DNA of 64,000 nt from Squalus acanthias (taxonomy: Eukaryota), in assembly GCA_030390025.1 (NCBI GenBank), contig CM059432.1, forward strand, positions 24,554,001 to 24,618,000, given 5' to 3'. Numbering within the stretch: the first letter of the stretch is position 1; every line of letters begins with the position of its first letter. Below, piece by piece: positions 49,985 to 61,809 of the stretch. The notes beneath the pieces were generated by a model. It saw only the letters and a program-made list of their open reading frames with translations, had not been told where the DNA came from and did not search any database. A program made the translations under genes and the position numbers.

Positions 49985-50989
49985 GGCAAAGTGTCAAGTT
50001 GGATTCAAAACTGCCTCGGATACAGGAAGCAGAGGGTAATGGTTGATGGGCGTTTTTGTGACTAGAAGGCTGTTTCCAGTGGGGTTCCGCAGGGCTCAGT
50101 ACTAGGTCCCTTGCTTTTTGTGGTATCTAGCAATAATCTAGACTTGAATATAGGGGGTATGATTAAGAAGTTTGCAGATGATACTAAAATCGGCTGTGTG
50201 GTTGATACTGAAGAAGGAAGCTGTAGACTGCAGGAAGATATCAATAAATTGGTCAGGTGGGCAGAACAGTGGCAAATGGAATTCAATCCGGAGAAGTGTG
50301 AGATAATGCATTTGGGGAGGGCTAACAAGGAAAAGAAATACACATTAAATGGTAGGACACTGAGTAGTGTAGAGGAACAAAGGGATCTTGGAGTGCATGT
50401 CCACAGATCCCTGAAGGTAGCAGGCCAGGTAGATAAGGTGGTTAAGAAGGCATACGGAATGCTTGGCTTTATTAGCCGTGGCATAGAATACAAAAGCAGG
50501 GGGGGTTATGCTTCAACTGTATAAAACACTAGTTAGGCATCAGCTAGAGTACTGCATCCATTTCTGTTCACCACAATACAGGAAAGGTGTGATTGCACTA
50601 GAGAGGGTACAGAGGAGATTTACAATGATGTTGCCGGGAGTAGAGAATCTTAGCTATGAGGAAAGACTGGATAGGCTGGGTCTGTTTTCCTTGGAACAGA
50701 GGAGGCTGAGGGGAGACCTTATTGAGGTGTATAAAATTATGAGGGGCCTAGATAAAGTGGATAGAAAGAACCTATTTCCCGTGGCAGTGGGATAAATACC
50801 AGGGGGCACAGATTTAAAGTAATTGGTGGAAGGTTTAGAGGGTATTTGAGGGGAAATTTCTTCACCCAGAGGGTTGTGGGGGCCTGGAACGCACTGCCTG
50901 AAAGGGTGGCAGAGGCAGGAACCCTAACCACATTTAAAAATGAGAAGTCGCACAACACCAGGTTATAGTCCAACAGTTTTATTTAAAAT

Positions 50990-51024
50990 TACGAGCTTTC
51001 GGAGCTCCGCTCCTTCTTCAGGTA
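50990..51024 (-). ncRNA. Minimal type I hammerhead ribozyme motif, intact core
   Basis: On -: tac-CTGAAGA-a-ggagc(gga)gctcc-GAAA-gc-TC-gta; stems I and II pair; palindromic AGCT at stem III. Confidence 0.7.
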
Positions 51025-51040
51025 GAGGTCTGTACCTGAA

Positions 51041-51341
51041 GAATCACAGAATCACAGAGTCACAGAATCCCCACAGTGCAGATAGAGGCCATTTCGGCCC
51101 ATCGAGCCTGCACCGACACATATCCCATCCTATCCCCATAACCCCACGTATTTAATCCCCCTAACACTAAGGGTCAATTTATCATAGCCAAATCAACCTA
51201 ACCCGCACATCTTTGGACTGTGGGAGGAAACCAGAGCACCCGAAGGAAACCCACGCAGACACGGGGAGAATGTGCAAACTCCACACAGACAGTCATCCGA
51301 GGCCGGATTCGAATCCGGGTCCCTGGCGCTGTGAGGTAACA
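51041..51341 (-). mobile_element. HE1-like V-SINE, 5'-truncated
   Basis: Same family as 48471; lacks the A box; sits inside the plus-strand hammerhead copy. Confidence 0.88.
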
Positions 51342-53079
51342 GAGCTCCGAAAGCTCGTAATTTTAAATAAAACTGTTGGACTATAACCTGGTGTTGTGCG
51401 ACTTCTCAATTTTGTCCACCCCAGTCCAACACCGGCATCTCCGCATCATGACCACATTTAAAAAGTACTTGGATGTGCAGTTGGGATGCTCTAACCTGCA
51501 GGGCTACGGACCAAGAGCTGGGAAGTGGGATTAGGCTGGATAGCTCTTTGTTGGCCGGCACAGACACAATGGGCCAAAATGGCCTCCTTCCGTGCTGTAA
51601 CTTTCAATGATTCTATGATTCTAAGTTCTTCTCCAGCCCGGAGGAGATATCCTTTATCCTGGCACCTGGGTAGGCAACATAGCCTTCGGGACTCACGCTC
51701 CTGGCTGTAGAGAACAGTGTCTATCCCCCTAACTATACTGTCGCCTACTACAACCACCTTCCTTTTTACTCTCCCCACTTGAACAGCTTCCTATACCATG
51801 GTGCCGTGGTCAGTTTGCTCGTCCTCCCCGCAGTCCCTGCACTTGTCCACAAGGGTTGCAAGAACCTCGAATCTATTGGACAAGTGCAGAGACTGAGGCT
51901 CCTGCAATACTGCCTCCTGGATCCCCGTACCTGCCTCACTCACAGTCACACCCTCCTGTCCCTGACCACGTGTCAATTCTAAAGTATTTAATCTAAGGGG
52001 TGTGGCTGCCTCCTGGAGCTAAAGGTCCAGGTAATTTTCTCCCTCCCTGATGTCTCGCAATGTCTGCAGCTCGGACTCCAGCTCCTCAACTCGGAGCCGA
52101 AGTTCCTCGAGCCGCAGACACTTACCACAGATGTAGTCGCCCTGGACAAAAATGTCCACAAGCTCCCACATACTGCAGCAGCAACACATCTCCTGTTCTC
52201 CCATTATTTTATTTATTTTATTAATTAGTTTAGTGTTAATCAAATTGTTTACCTCGTTTAGTTTATTAAATTAATTAGATTAAGTTTAGTTTTTAAAATT
52301 TAGTTATATGTTCTATGTTAACTTAAAACTTAGCCCACAGTCACTACCAATCACTTACCTGCCTTACCTGTGACGTCACACTGCCGTTTCTCCACCTTGG
52401 AGGATCATTAGCGCCTGACCACGTTGCCGAAAATCGCCCCTTACATACGTGCAGAATTGTGCCAGAAGATGGCGCAGTTGGAAGCCACTTCTATCGTTGA
52501 CCCTTGAAAGCAACATTTAAATTTCAACTGTACCTGACTGCGACTGAAAAACCCTTTGAAAACTACAGTGTGCGATGTTTCTTCATGTCATTGGCTTTAG
52601 ATGTTTTAATACATTAATAGCAACAATGGCCTTAAAATCGACCTTTTAGCAAGCTTTTGCTCACCTGTTCTAATGTCTCCTTTGGTTTGGTGTCAATTGT
52701 TGTCTGATTATCCTCCTGTGAACTGTCTTGGGACATTTTATTATTTTAAATGTGTGATATAAATGCAAGTTGTTGCTGTTGGCCTAGATTTTCCTCTGTC
52801 TCAGGTTTACCATCAGAAGTATGATGAGACTGCACTTCACAAGATCATCTTAATTCATCCATTACAAAATACTCAAAAGTTCCCTATTGTTTCATAAATG
52901 ATTCTAGGGTTTTCATTCCACTCTCCTATCTGTAAGTCTAGAAAGACTAACGTGCTCTTTGCCACGTCCCCTCAGCGCAGTCCTGAAGGACTGTTCCCAG
53001 GCTAAAGTTGGCATCAGCCAAGACTTTCAGGTCCTATTCACTAGGCAGCCACTAGTATCTGCTTCTCAGCAAAAGAACC

Positions 53080-54200
53080 AAGGCAGAGATGAGGACATTT
53101 TTTCATGCAGCGAGTTGTTATGATCTGGAATGCACTGCCTGAAAGGCTGGTGGAAGCAGGTTCAATCATAACCTTCAAAAGCGAATTGGATATATACTTC
53201 AAAATGAAACATATTCAGGGCTAAGGGAAAAGAGCAGGGGAGTGTGACTAATTTGATAGCTCTTTCAAAGAGTCACCACAGGCATGATGGGCCGAAAGGC
53301 CTCCTTCTGTGCTGTATTTGAATGAAGAAAAAAGATGTAGACTGCAGGAAGATATCAATGGATTGGTCAGGTGGGCAGAACAGTGGCAAATGGAATTCAA
53401 TCCGGAGAAGTGTGAGGTAATGCATTTGGGGAGGGCTAAAAAGGCAGGGGAAAACACAATAAATGGTAGAACACTGAGAAGTGCAGAGGATCAGAGGGAC
53501 CTTGGAGTGCATGTCCACAGATCCCTGAAGGTAGCAGGACAGGTAGACAAGGTGGTTAAGAAGGCATACGGGATACTTGCCTTTATTAGCCAAGGCATAG
53601 AATATAAGAGCAGGGAGGTTATGCTTGAACTGTATAAAACACTAGTTAGGCCGCAGCTAGAATACGGCGTGCAGTTCTGGTCACCACATTACAGGAAAGA
53701 TGTGATTGCACTAGAGTAGGGGGGCGGGGGCAGAGGAGATTTACAAGGATGTTGCCTGGGCTGGGGAATTTTAGCTATGTGGCAAGATTGGATAGGCTGG
53801 GGTTGTTTTCTTTGGAACAGAGGAGGCTGAGGGGAGACCTAATTGAGGTGTATAAAATTATGAGGGGCCTAGATAAAGTGGATAGGAAGGACCTATTTCC
53901 CTTAGCAGAGGGGTCAATAAGCAAGGGGAATAGATTTAAAGGAATTGGTAGGAGGTTTAGAGGGGATTTGAGGAGAAATGTTTTCACCCAGAGGGTGGTG
54001 GGGGTCTGGAACTCACTGTCTGAAAGTGTGGTAGAGGCAGAAACCCTCATCACATTTAAAAAGTACTTGGATATGCACTTGAAGTGCCGTAACCTACAAG
54101 GATACGGACCAAGTGCTGGAAAGTGGGATTAGGGTGGATAGCTCTCTCTCGGTCGGCATGGACAAGATGGGCCGAATGGCCTCCTTCTGCGCTGTAAAAA
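53080..54200 (+). mobile_element. Two adjacent CR1 3' fragments
   Basis: LQEDINGLVRWAEQWQMEFN...RRLRGDLIEVYK...WNSL. Confidence 0.88.
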
Positions 54201-54214
54201 AAAATTTTTTCATT

Positions 54215-54616
54215 CTATGATCTCCTGGCTTGTTGCTGCGTCTGTTTAGGAACCCTCATGCCATCCGAGGGGAAGAGGACCTGCCTGTGTGCCCTTACTT
54301 GCACCACTAGGACCACCAACAGTCGCTGAACCCAAGGGCTCTTGCCTTTGACATGCTGCTGTGAAGAAATCAATGCACCAGCCACTATTTGCAATGGGTG
54401 AAATGACACCTCTCTTTAAAATTTGTGTGGGGACCGGTGGAAATTCCACCCCCTAATTGGGCAGGCTGCCCAACACCACTGCAAACATGTGGATAGCCCA
54501 CCAATGACATACAAATTAGGCCCAATCATCAAAATTGGTCAGGCCTTCCACTTACAGGATTGGGTGGCCAGCTCAATGACTCTGCCCACAGGCTGCCTGC
54601 AATCAAAATCTACCCA
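54215..54616 (-). mobile_element. Harbinger end with Myb N-terminal remnant
   Basis: VLVVQVRAHRQVLFPSDG on -; terminus AAAATCTACCC. Confidence 0.55.
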
Positions 54617-55651
54617 ATGATCTGTATCTTGTGACCGCTACTATAGAATATGGAATTCCCTCTCCATGGTTCGCTAGTTGTTCAAAACTCACCATCTGGA
54701 TGTTCATGTACAGATTGATCACTTGAGCTTTGTTCAGTTGACTAATAGGGGAAAGAATCAACACCTTCAAGAGAGGACAATAGGGGAGAAAGCTGCTTCT
54801 GAAAAAGTGTCAGTGCCATCATAGTAGTTGGATTACTTCAGTGTTGGAAAATCATACAGGAAATTTAACAAATAAAATTAATTTAAATTTTATGTTTCAA
54901 ACTGGTAGATTGCTGGTGAAAGAAATTACAAAATTTGCAATTCAATAGCACCAATTAAAGAATGCATCTTTAATCCTCTCTGACTGATCCTGAATCTCCT
55001 ACTGTGGTAAACAAACAGAAAACATGACAAAAAATGATGTAAAGTAAATTAAAAGCTTCAATAATTAACTTTCGTAAAGACCATAATTACAAAATAAAAA
55101 TAGTGTTTGGATTTCCAAAGGGGCTGTGCTGTTACCTAAGTTTACAACATATGCCCTCAGTATACTTAAGAATTATTTACAACTGACTACCTTTCAGCAG
55201 AATTTTAATATGTTTTCCAGCAATGTGTAATGTAAAACATATTTTAAATCTTACAACATCCTATCTGGCTCTTGGAGCCACTGATGAGTATAGTCATCTC
55301 AGAGTGCCTTGCATGTTTGACGCATTTGTATAAATCAAACATTGACTTATCTAGGTCAGTCTTTACATTCTGATCTTTCAATTGTTTGAAAAACAGTTCA
55401 AAAAAGGTCAAAAAGTGCTACTGCATCCAAAATAGACAATGGGAGTCAGGAGGTATCAAAAAATTAGTGAAGAATTTAAGGCTTAGGTTTTTTTTTTAAG
55501 AAATTAGTTCTAGGTTAGATGGAAGAAAAAGTAAAGTTAGACTTACAATAAAAATGGACAGAAGATAGGAAAGGAGAGATGACAATGCAAGGAAAATTAA
55601 AGTTAATTGATTTTTTTTTTGGTTTTCTTTAATATTATAAGTATTTCCGCA

Positions 55652-55671
55652 GTGTCAGCCGTGGCTTAGTT

Positions 55672-55702
<31 letters not shown>

Positions 55703-56110
55703 GTGGGTTCAAGTTCCACTCCAGAGACTTGAGCACAAAAATCTAGCCTGACATTCTGAGGGAGTGCTGCACTGTCGGAGGTGCCGTCTTTCAGATGAGA
55801 CGTTAAACCGAGGCCCCGTCTGCTCTCTCAAGTGGACGTAAAAGATCCCCTGGCACTATTTCAAAGAAGAGCAGATAAGTTATCCCCAGTGTCCTGGCCA
55901 ATATTTATCCCTCAATCAACATCACAAAAATGGATTATCTGGTCATTATCACATTGATGCTTGTGGGAGCTTGATGTGTGCAAATTGGCTGCCACATTTC
56001 CTACATTACAACAGTAATTACACTTCAAAAAATACTTCATTGGCTGTAAAGCACTTTGGGACGTCCGGTGGTCGTGAAAGGTGCTATATAAATGCAAGTC
56101 TTTATTTCTT
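55652..56110 (+). mobile_element. Near full-length Deu-domain SINE (SacSINE1-like)
   Basis: tRNA-like head TGGCTTAGTTGG...GGTTCAAGT, Deu-like core GAGGTGCCGTCTTTCAGATGAGACGTTAAACCGAGGCCCCGTC, L2-like tail GCTATATAAATGCAAG. Confidence 0.8.
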
Positions 56111-56429
56111 TTATCTTAATAGTTGAAAAATATAAACAACTTTAACATTTGAATAGCTTTGTTACTGTAATATTAGTGTTTGTTTTAGTATCACAGTGCG
56201 TAAACTGAAAATTGACAAAAGCATGCTGGTCTGGGGAAACAGGAATTGCCAGCAGTCATAAGAGTTAAATGCCATCTTGTTCTAATCAAAGGTTCCCTAC
56301 ATAGTACCAGGATATTTTCAAGCAGACTAAGGTACATTCTCAGTTTTTAAACATTAAATTGCAGAGTATTTACCTAATATATTGCAAGTTTTGCATATGG
56401 ATGTATTTCCTATCAAGTAACAAATTATT

Positions 56430-57184
56430 GGCCTGTATTTTCCGATCCCTACGGGTATGTACGAGTTGTGTACACACCCGTAGGGACCTCGCAAGTGCCG
56501 AATTCAGGTATGCGAAGCGCATGCGCTGAAAACCGGCATTTCCGATCTGTCAAGAATCCTCTTGACAGATCGGACGCCTGCACTGGAGAAGGGCCTCTGC
56601 GGGTGGAGAGTTCCGCTTTCTGCAGAACCTCCGCCTGCTGAAAACACTTTAAAAATCTTACGCCTGGTAAAAGCAGGCGTAAAGCCTTCTTTTACCTGCA
56701 TAAGAGCTTAAAACAAGTTAAAAAAAAAATTTCACTCATTTATAATTTAAAAATACTTTTAAAAAAGGTAAGTTTATTTTTAGCCCTGTAAAAAAAAAAA
56801 TTTTTTTTTTAAATTAAAATTTTGATTAAAATATTTAATTTAATGTAATTTTAACTAATTTTAAAAACATGATTTAAAAAAAAAAATTATTTAATGTTTC
56901 GATGTGTTTTTGGAGTGATCTCCATTCATACTTTTGACAAGTCTAAGCTGTCAAAAGTATGAAGGGAGATTCCCTTCTTTCATTGGTTCCCCATGGTCCA
57001 CGTGATCCCAGGGACGCTTGCGAACCGTATGCGCCCCTGGGATACGTGGGCCCTGCGCATTTCGTCATGGAGAGGCCCAGGAGCGGAAATGGCCGGACCT
57101 CTGGAGCCCTCAGGTAAGGGCGTAGATTTTTTCCAGATCGGAGGCCTCCGCACGCAGGAAGCCTCCGATCGGAAAATACGGGCC
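56430..57184. mobile_element. 755-bp GGCC-terminated MITE (inverted relative to 43061)
   Basis: TIR GGCCTGTATTTTCCGATC / GATCGGAAAATACGGGCC; perfect TSD ATT. Confidence 0.9.
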
Positions 57185-58729
57185 ATTATCTTATTTCCAT
57201 CACGCATCCATCCAAAACTTTCCTGTCACGCTTTTCTGTCAACATTATACTTACCCCTGACTGAATCCTCCAAGCATGGTCTCCAAGGTAAGTGACACTG
57301 TTGCTAACTTACTGCTAACACCTCCCATTGTTCCCCACAATGCCACCCTTCTCGGAGCCCCAAAATTAGCCAGATGCCTATCCCTCATCAGCTGCTTCCT
57401 CTCACTGCTGCCAAAACCCTCCACCACCATTGCCTCCACCCCCAACCCCCATAACTGGATGCTCTTCTGTCAACACCTCCACCATAACCACACACCCCGC
57501 TCCCCTCCCACCCCACCCCCCCGCCCCCCCGCCCTTCCCCAAACGATCTGATTTGAGTTCCCAACCCCATTCCAAAGATATGGCCTAACTCGGCATAATC
57601 TCAAAAATCAACTCCCAAAGCCTGATGAACTCCCAAGTAAAGTGCATGTTCCAGATCATTGTCAGAAACCGTGTGCAACTATTTTTAGGACCTTTAGAAT
57701 AAATATTAGCTCTGCCAATCTTCTCACCACTGATCAGACCATCCCGCCCCCCCACCCCCCCTGTCTTCCAAGGTGTGGCACTGAACTTGAGATTGATCTT
57801 GAGATTGGTTTGGGATCCAGTCACCTCAAAAGGATGTATGGTCCTAGTGAGGGGAGGGTGGTCTAGATGCATGGGTGCTGGATTTATTAAGAGGGGTGTT
57901 AGCAGTATTACTTCAAATATTCATAGAAACATAGAAGATAGGAGCAGGAGTAGGCCATTCGGCCCCTCTAGCCTGCTCCGCCATTCAATGCGCTCATGGC
58001 TGATCATCCAAATTCAGAACCCTGTCCCTGCTTTCTCCCCATATCCCTTGATCCCTTTAGCCTTAATAGAAACATAGAAGATACTATTTATTTTAAATGA
58101 TGCAGGTTTTTCCCAGTCACTACTCTCCTCTGTGACTGGTCTCCACCCCCTTAGCTGCCTTCACAACCCATTGCAACCAAACCCCTTTCCCGCCACTGCA
58201 ACAAGACACAAAGCCCTGACACTCGAAGTCATAACTGGAGTAATGCTGGTCACAGCAAGGGGAGGAGATGCCACAGCAGGGGTGGTTTGCAGTCGCCTGG
58301 ATAAGCTTGTATTATTTAATAAAAGACTCGGCTGTGTTTGCAATACTATGGAAACCCATTTAAAAGTCTCCCGTCCACCCTCAGACCCAGACCGCTCCCC
58401 TGCCAAATTCCCTGCTGTGATTAGGCTCAGTGTTCTGATTATCCATACCTTCTTCCTCACCCCACTGTCTCCTGTGGCATCTCACCATTCCCACCCCCAT
58501 GCACTTCCCCACTGCTGACCTGCCCCTAAGAAAATGGATATCACTGTTCTTTTGTCCGCAGTAGCTTGCAACCCCTTCCTGCAACATAGTCCATCAGCTG
58601 GCTACCCCTCTCCCAGCACCCCCAAACCCTGTCCAATGCTCCCACGCTCCCTCCAAAACAATCTCACGGCTATCACACCTAAGTTTACTCTCCCACCACT
58701 GCCATTCCCAGCATTTCCTCCCTCATCCT

Positions 58730-59815
58730 AAAAAGTAAAAGCCCATGGGATCCAAGGGAAAGTGGCAAGTTGGATCCAAAATTGGCTCAGTGGCAGGAAG
58801 CAAAGGGTAATGGTCGACGGGTGTTTTTGTGACTGTAAAGCTGTTTCCAGTGGGGATCCACAGGGCTCAGTACTAGGTACCTTGCTTTTTGTGGTACACA
58901 TCAATGATTTAGTCTTCAATGTAGGGGGCATGATTAAGAAGTTTGCAGATGATACAAAAATTGGCCATGTGGTTGATAGTGAGGAAGAAAGCTGCAGACT
59001 GCAGGAAGATATCAATGGACTGGTCAGGTGGGCAGAAAAGTGGCAAATGAAGTTCAATCTGGAGAAGTGTGAGGTAATGCATTTGGGGAGGGCTAACAAG
59101 AAAAGGGAATACACAATAAATGGTAGAATACTGAGGAGTATAGCGCAACAGAGGGACCTTAGAGTCCACAGATCCCTAAAGGTAGCAGGACAGGTAGGCA
59201 TACGGAATACTTTCCTTTATTAGCCGAGGCATAGAATATAAGATCAGGGAGGTTATGCTTGAACTGTATAAAACACTAGTTAGGCCACAGCTAGAGTACT
59301 GTGTACAGTTCTGGTCACCACATTACAGGAAAGATATAATTTCACTAGAGAGGGTACACAGGAGATTTACGAGGATGTTGCCAGGAGAATTTTAGATATG
59401 AGGAAAGATTGGATAGGCTTTGGAACGGAGGAGGCTGATGGGAGACCTAATTGAGGTGTATAAAATTATGAGTGGCCTAGATAGAGTGGATAGGAAGGAC
59501 CTATTTACCCTAGCAGAGAGGTCAATGACCAGAGGGCATAGATTTAAAGTAATTGGAGAAGGATTATAGGGGAGTTGAGAACTTTTTTCACCCAGAGGGT
59601 GGTGGGGGTCTGGAACTCACTGCCTGAAAGGTGGTAGAGGCAGAAACCCTCATCACATTTAAAAAGTACTTGGATATTTACTTGAAGTGCCGTAACCTAC
59701 AAGGTTACAGACCAAGAGCTGGAAAGTGGGATTAGGCTGGATAGCTTTTTTGGCTGGCACAGACATGATGGGCTGAATGGCCTCCTTCCTTGCCATAAAT
59801 TTCTGTGAAATTTCT
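58730..59815 (+). mobile_element. 5'-truncated CR1
   Basis: WIQNWLSGRKQRV...FADDTK...; same subfamily as 48449-51622. Confidence 0.9.
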
Positions 59816-60036
59816 ATGAACCCTTCTCCCACTCCATACATTCTGCTAACGCTTCCCAATGATCCCAGAAAACACGACTGTCCCTCCCAGTTCTTGCACA
59901 TCCTGCAAACCACTTCCCAGCTATCCCAGACTCTACCAATGCTCCCGCAGCTTATGATCCCACCCCAAAACCCGAGAAGCACTCTTCAATCACTGCCAAT
60001 CTATATAATCCCCAACCTCTGCTATACAGAATTCAT

Positions 60037-60163
60037 GATGTGGAGATGCCGGTGTTGGACTGGGGTGGACAAATATGAGAAGTCGCATAACACCAGGTTA
60101 TAGTCCAACAGCTTTATTTGAAATCACAAGCTTTTGGAGCGCTGCTCCTTCGTCAGGTGAAGT
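60037..60163 (-). mobile_element. Penelope-like terminal fragment with mutated hammerhead motif
   Basis: TSD CAGAATTCAT (60027-60036 / 60164-60173); on -: tcac-CTGACGA-a-ggagc(agc)gctcc-AAAA-gc-TT-gtga. Confidence 0.7.
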
Positions 60164-60789
60164 CAGAATTCATACAACCTACCTCCTCCCATCTTCCACT
60201 GTAGCCTGGACTTTAAAGAAAAGCTGAGATAAAATTAACTACATCATTCATCTAATTTCTAATGGTAATTAAAGCCAGTGATTTACAGTCTCTATGCAAA
60301 TATGCACATAATCATACTATTGAGGCCATAAATATTACTAACACTGCTGCAATACTCTATAATAAAATCACATCACATGTGACCTATTCCCAATCACTGT
60401 AAATCAGTGTCCCTGATGATATATTTTACATTATACAGTACAAAACAGTGTTTTGTCTGACTCACAGTGAACACTGCCACAGTAGATCTCATTTTTTTTT
60501 AACAAGTTTCCAGTCATGTTTCCTAACTCTCGCACCATGGCTCAGTTCTTTTATTCTTTTGATCTATTCTTTTCTTCTCGCCTTATGTAAAATCATTGGG
60601 GCCTTTCCTACTTTCAAGGTTCTATATCAGTGTAAGTTGTTGTTGAAGAGAGGACCTACAGATGGGCCAGGTCCACCCACTATTACCTGCACATCCTGCA
60701 GACAACATAGCCAGATGATTAGTGCAGGTGGAGGCTTCTAATCCCGCAGGAAACCTGAACAGATCCAATCACTTCACTAACATTCGCAC

Positions 60790-61130
60790 TGCCAGAGGTG
60801 CCATCTTTCGGATGAGACATTGAACCGAGTCCTGTCTGCTCTCTCAGGTGGACGGAAAAAAAGTCCCAAGACACTATTTTGAAGAAGAGCAGGGGAGTTC
60901 CCGCTGGTGTCTTGGCCCATATTTATTCCTCAACCAATATCACTAAAACAGCTTATCTGACCAATATCACATTGCTATTCGTAGGATCTTGCTTTGTGAA
61001 AATTGGCTGCCACGCTCCCTACATTACAACAATGACCACACTTCAAAGGTACTTCATTGGCTGTAAAGCGCTTTGGGTCGTCCTGAGGTTGTGAAAGGCG
61101 CTATATAAATGCAGGTTCTTTATTTTATTT
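60790..61130 (+). mobile_element. Deu-domain SINE fragment
   Basis: Similar to 55770-56110. Confidence 0.75.
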
Positions 61131-61809
61131 ACATCATGGCTGATCGGTACCTCAACTCCAATTATCCACTTTTGCTCCACATTCCTTGATACACATAGCT
61201 AATGTGTTTGACTCTTAAATGTTCTCGGAAGTGGGCTAGTAAGCCACTCGGTTTTATCAAACTGCTGTGGAGCGATTCAAGAAGGCAGCCGACCACTATT
61301 CCCAATATGTACTCTCAGTGGGTGTACTCCATGCTGATTGTGCACATTTGGAAAATCAGTCTCGCGGTGTCATCATTATAAACAAGGGACCTTGATTTTC
61401 CACAGGGTTTTCCTAATCTCCTTCCAATAACTTCGGCAGCAGATCGGCGGAGAAACAGCAGGAACAGCTGTTTTTAACCATTTACACCATTTCTCCGGGC
61501 GGAATTCCTCCGATCTCCTGTTGGAGAATCCCCAAGGAAACTCCAGGCAAAATGTAAAGTTTTTTTAGGAAGTGGGCTCAACAAACCGGGCCATTGTTGC
61601 TTGATCTCAAGCCCATCTTAATGTATTCCTCCTTTCTTCAGAAACATATATAGTTGCTGCTCGAGTCCAGCTCAATGGCCTTCACTGGTAACTTCTTCCA
61701 CAAGTATGAAAAATAATGTTGTTGATATGAATGGATGAACACTTAACAGATTTGTATAACATTCCTCTGTCTGGTATTTTATTCAGGGTGTAATCCATTT
61801 AAAGTCATT

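Larger units (their letters stand above)
50941..51450. mobile_element. Penelope-like inverted terminal-repeat insertion (second family)
   Basis: 14-bp TSD ACCACATTTAAAAA; ~67-bp perfect inverted arms (50941-51007 / 51342-51408); related to 60037-60163. Confidence 0.75.
48449..51622 (+). mobile_element. 5'-truncated CR1 inserted into ORF1 of the full-length CR1
   Basis: TSD AAGTT (48444-48448 / 51623-51627); RT from DVVYMDF to the (ATTCTATG)n tail. Confidence 0.88.
48075..52204 (-). pseudogene. CR1 ORF1 (Zn finger/leucine zipper plus SGNH esterase), split by nested insertion 48449-51622
   Basis: CCCCSMWE...YICGKCLRLEELRLRVEELE; VVVGDSIVRG; VHVGTNDIG; rejoined junction reads GLEKNLEWEGEDP. 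Confidence 0.88.
44966..52391 (-). mobile_element. Full-length CR1 LINE (~4.25 kb excluding nested insertions)
   Basis: 5'UTR, ORF1, ORF2 and (TTCTATGT)n tail in order; imperfect TSD CCATCTTGG (44957-44965) / CCACCTTGG (52392-52400). Confidence 0.85.
43996..52440. mobile_element. Non-autonomous Harbinger (43996-44965 plus 52392-52440) with Myb N-terminus, split by a full-length CR1
   Basis: MAQGPRERVHRFLDEALEVLVEEVQRRWDVLYP at 44277; imperfect TIRs GGGGTTATTTTGGC / GCCGAAAATCGCCCC. Confidence 0.6.

Noticed and set aside
55652..55725. tRNA genes at SINE heads
   Set aside because: A and B boxes run into SINE bodies; no complete cloverleaf.
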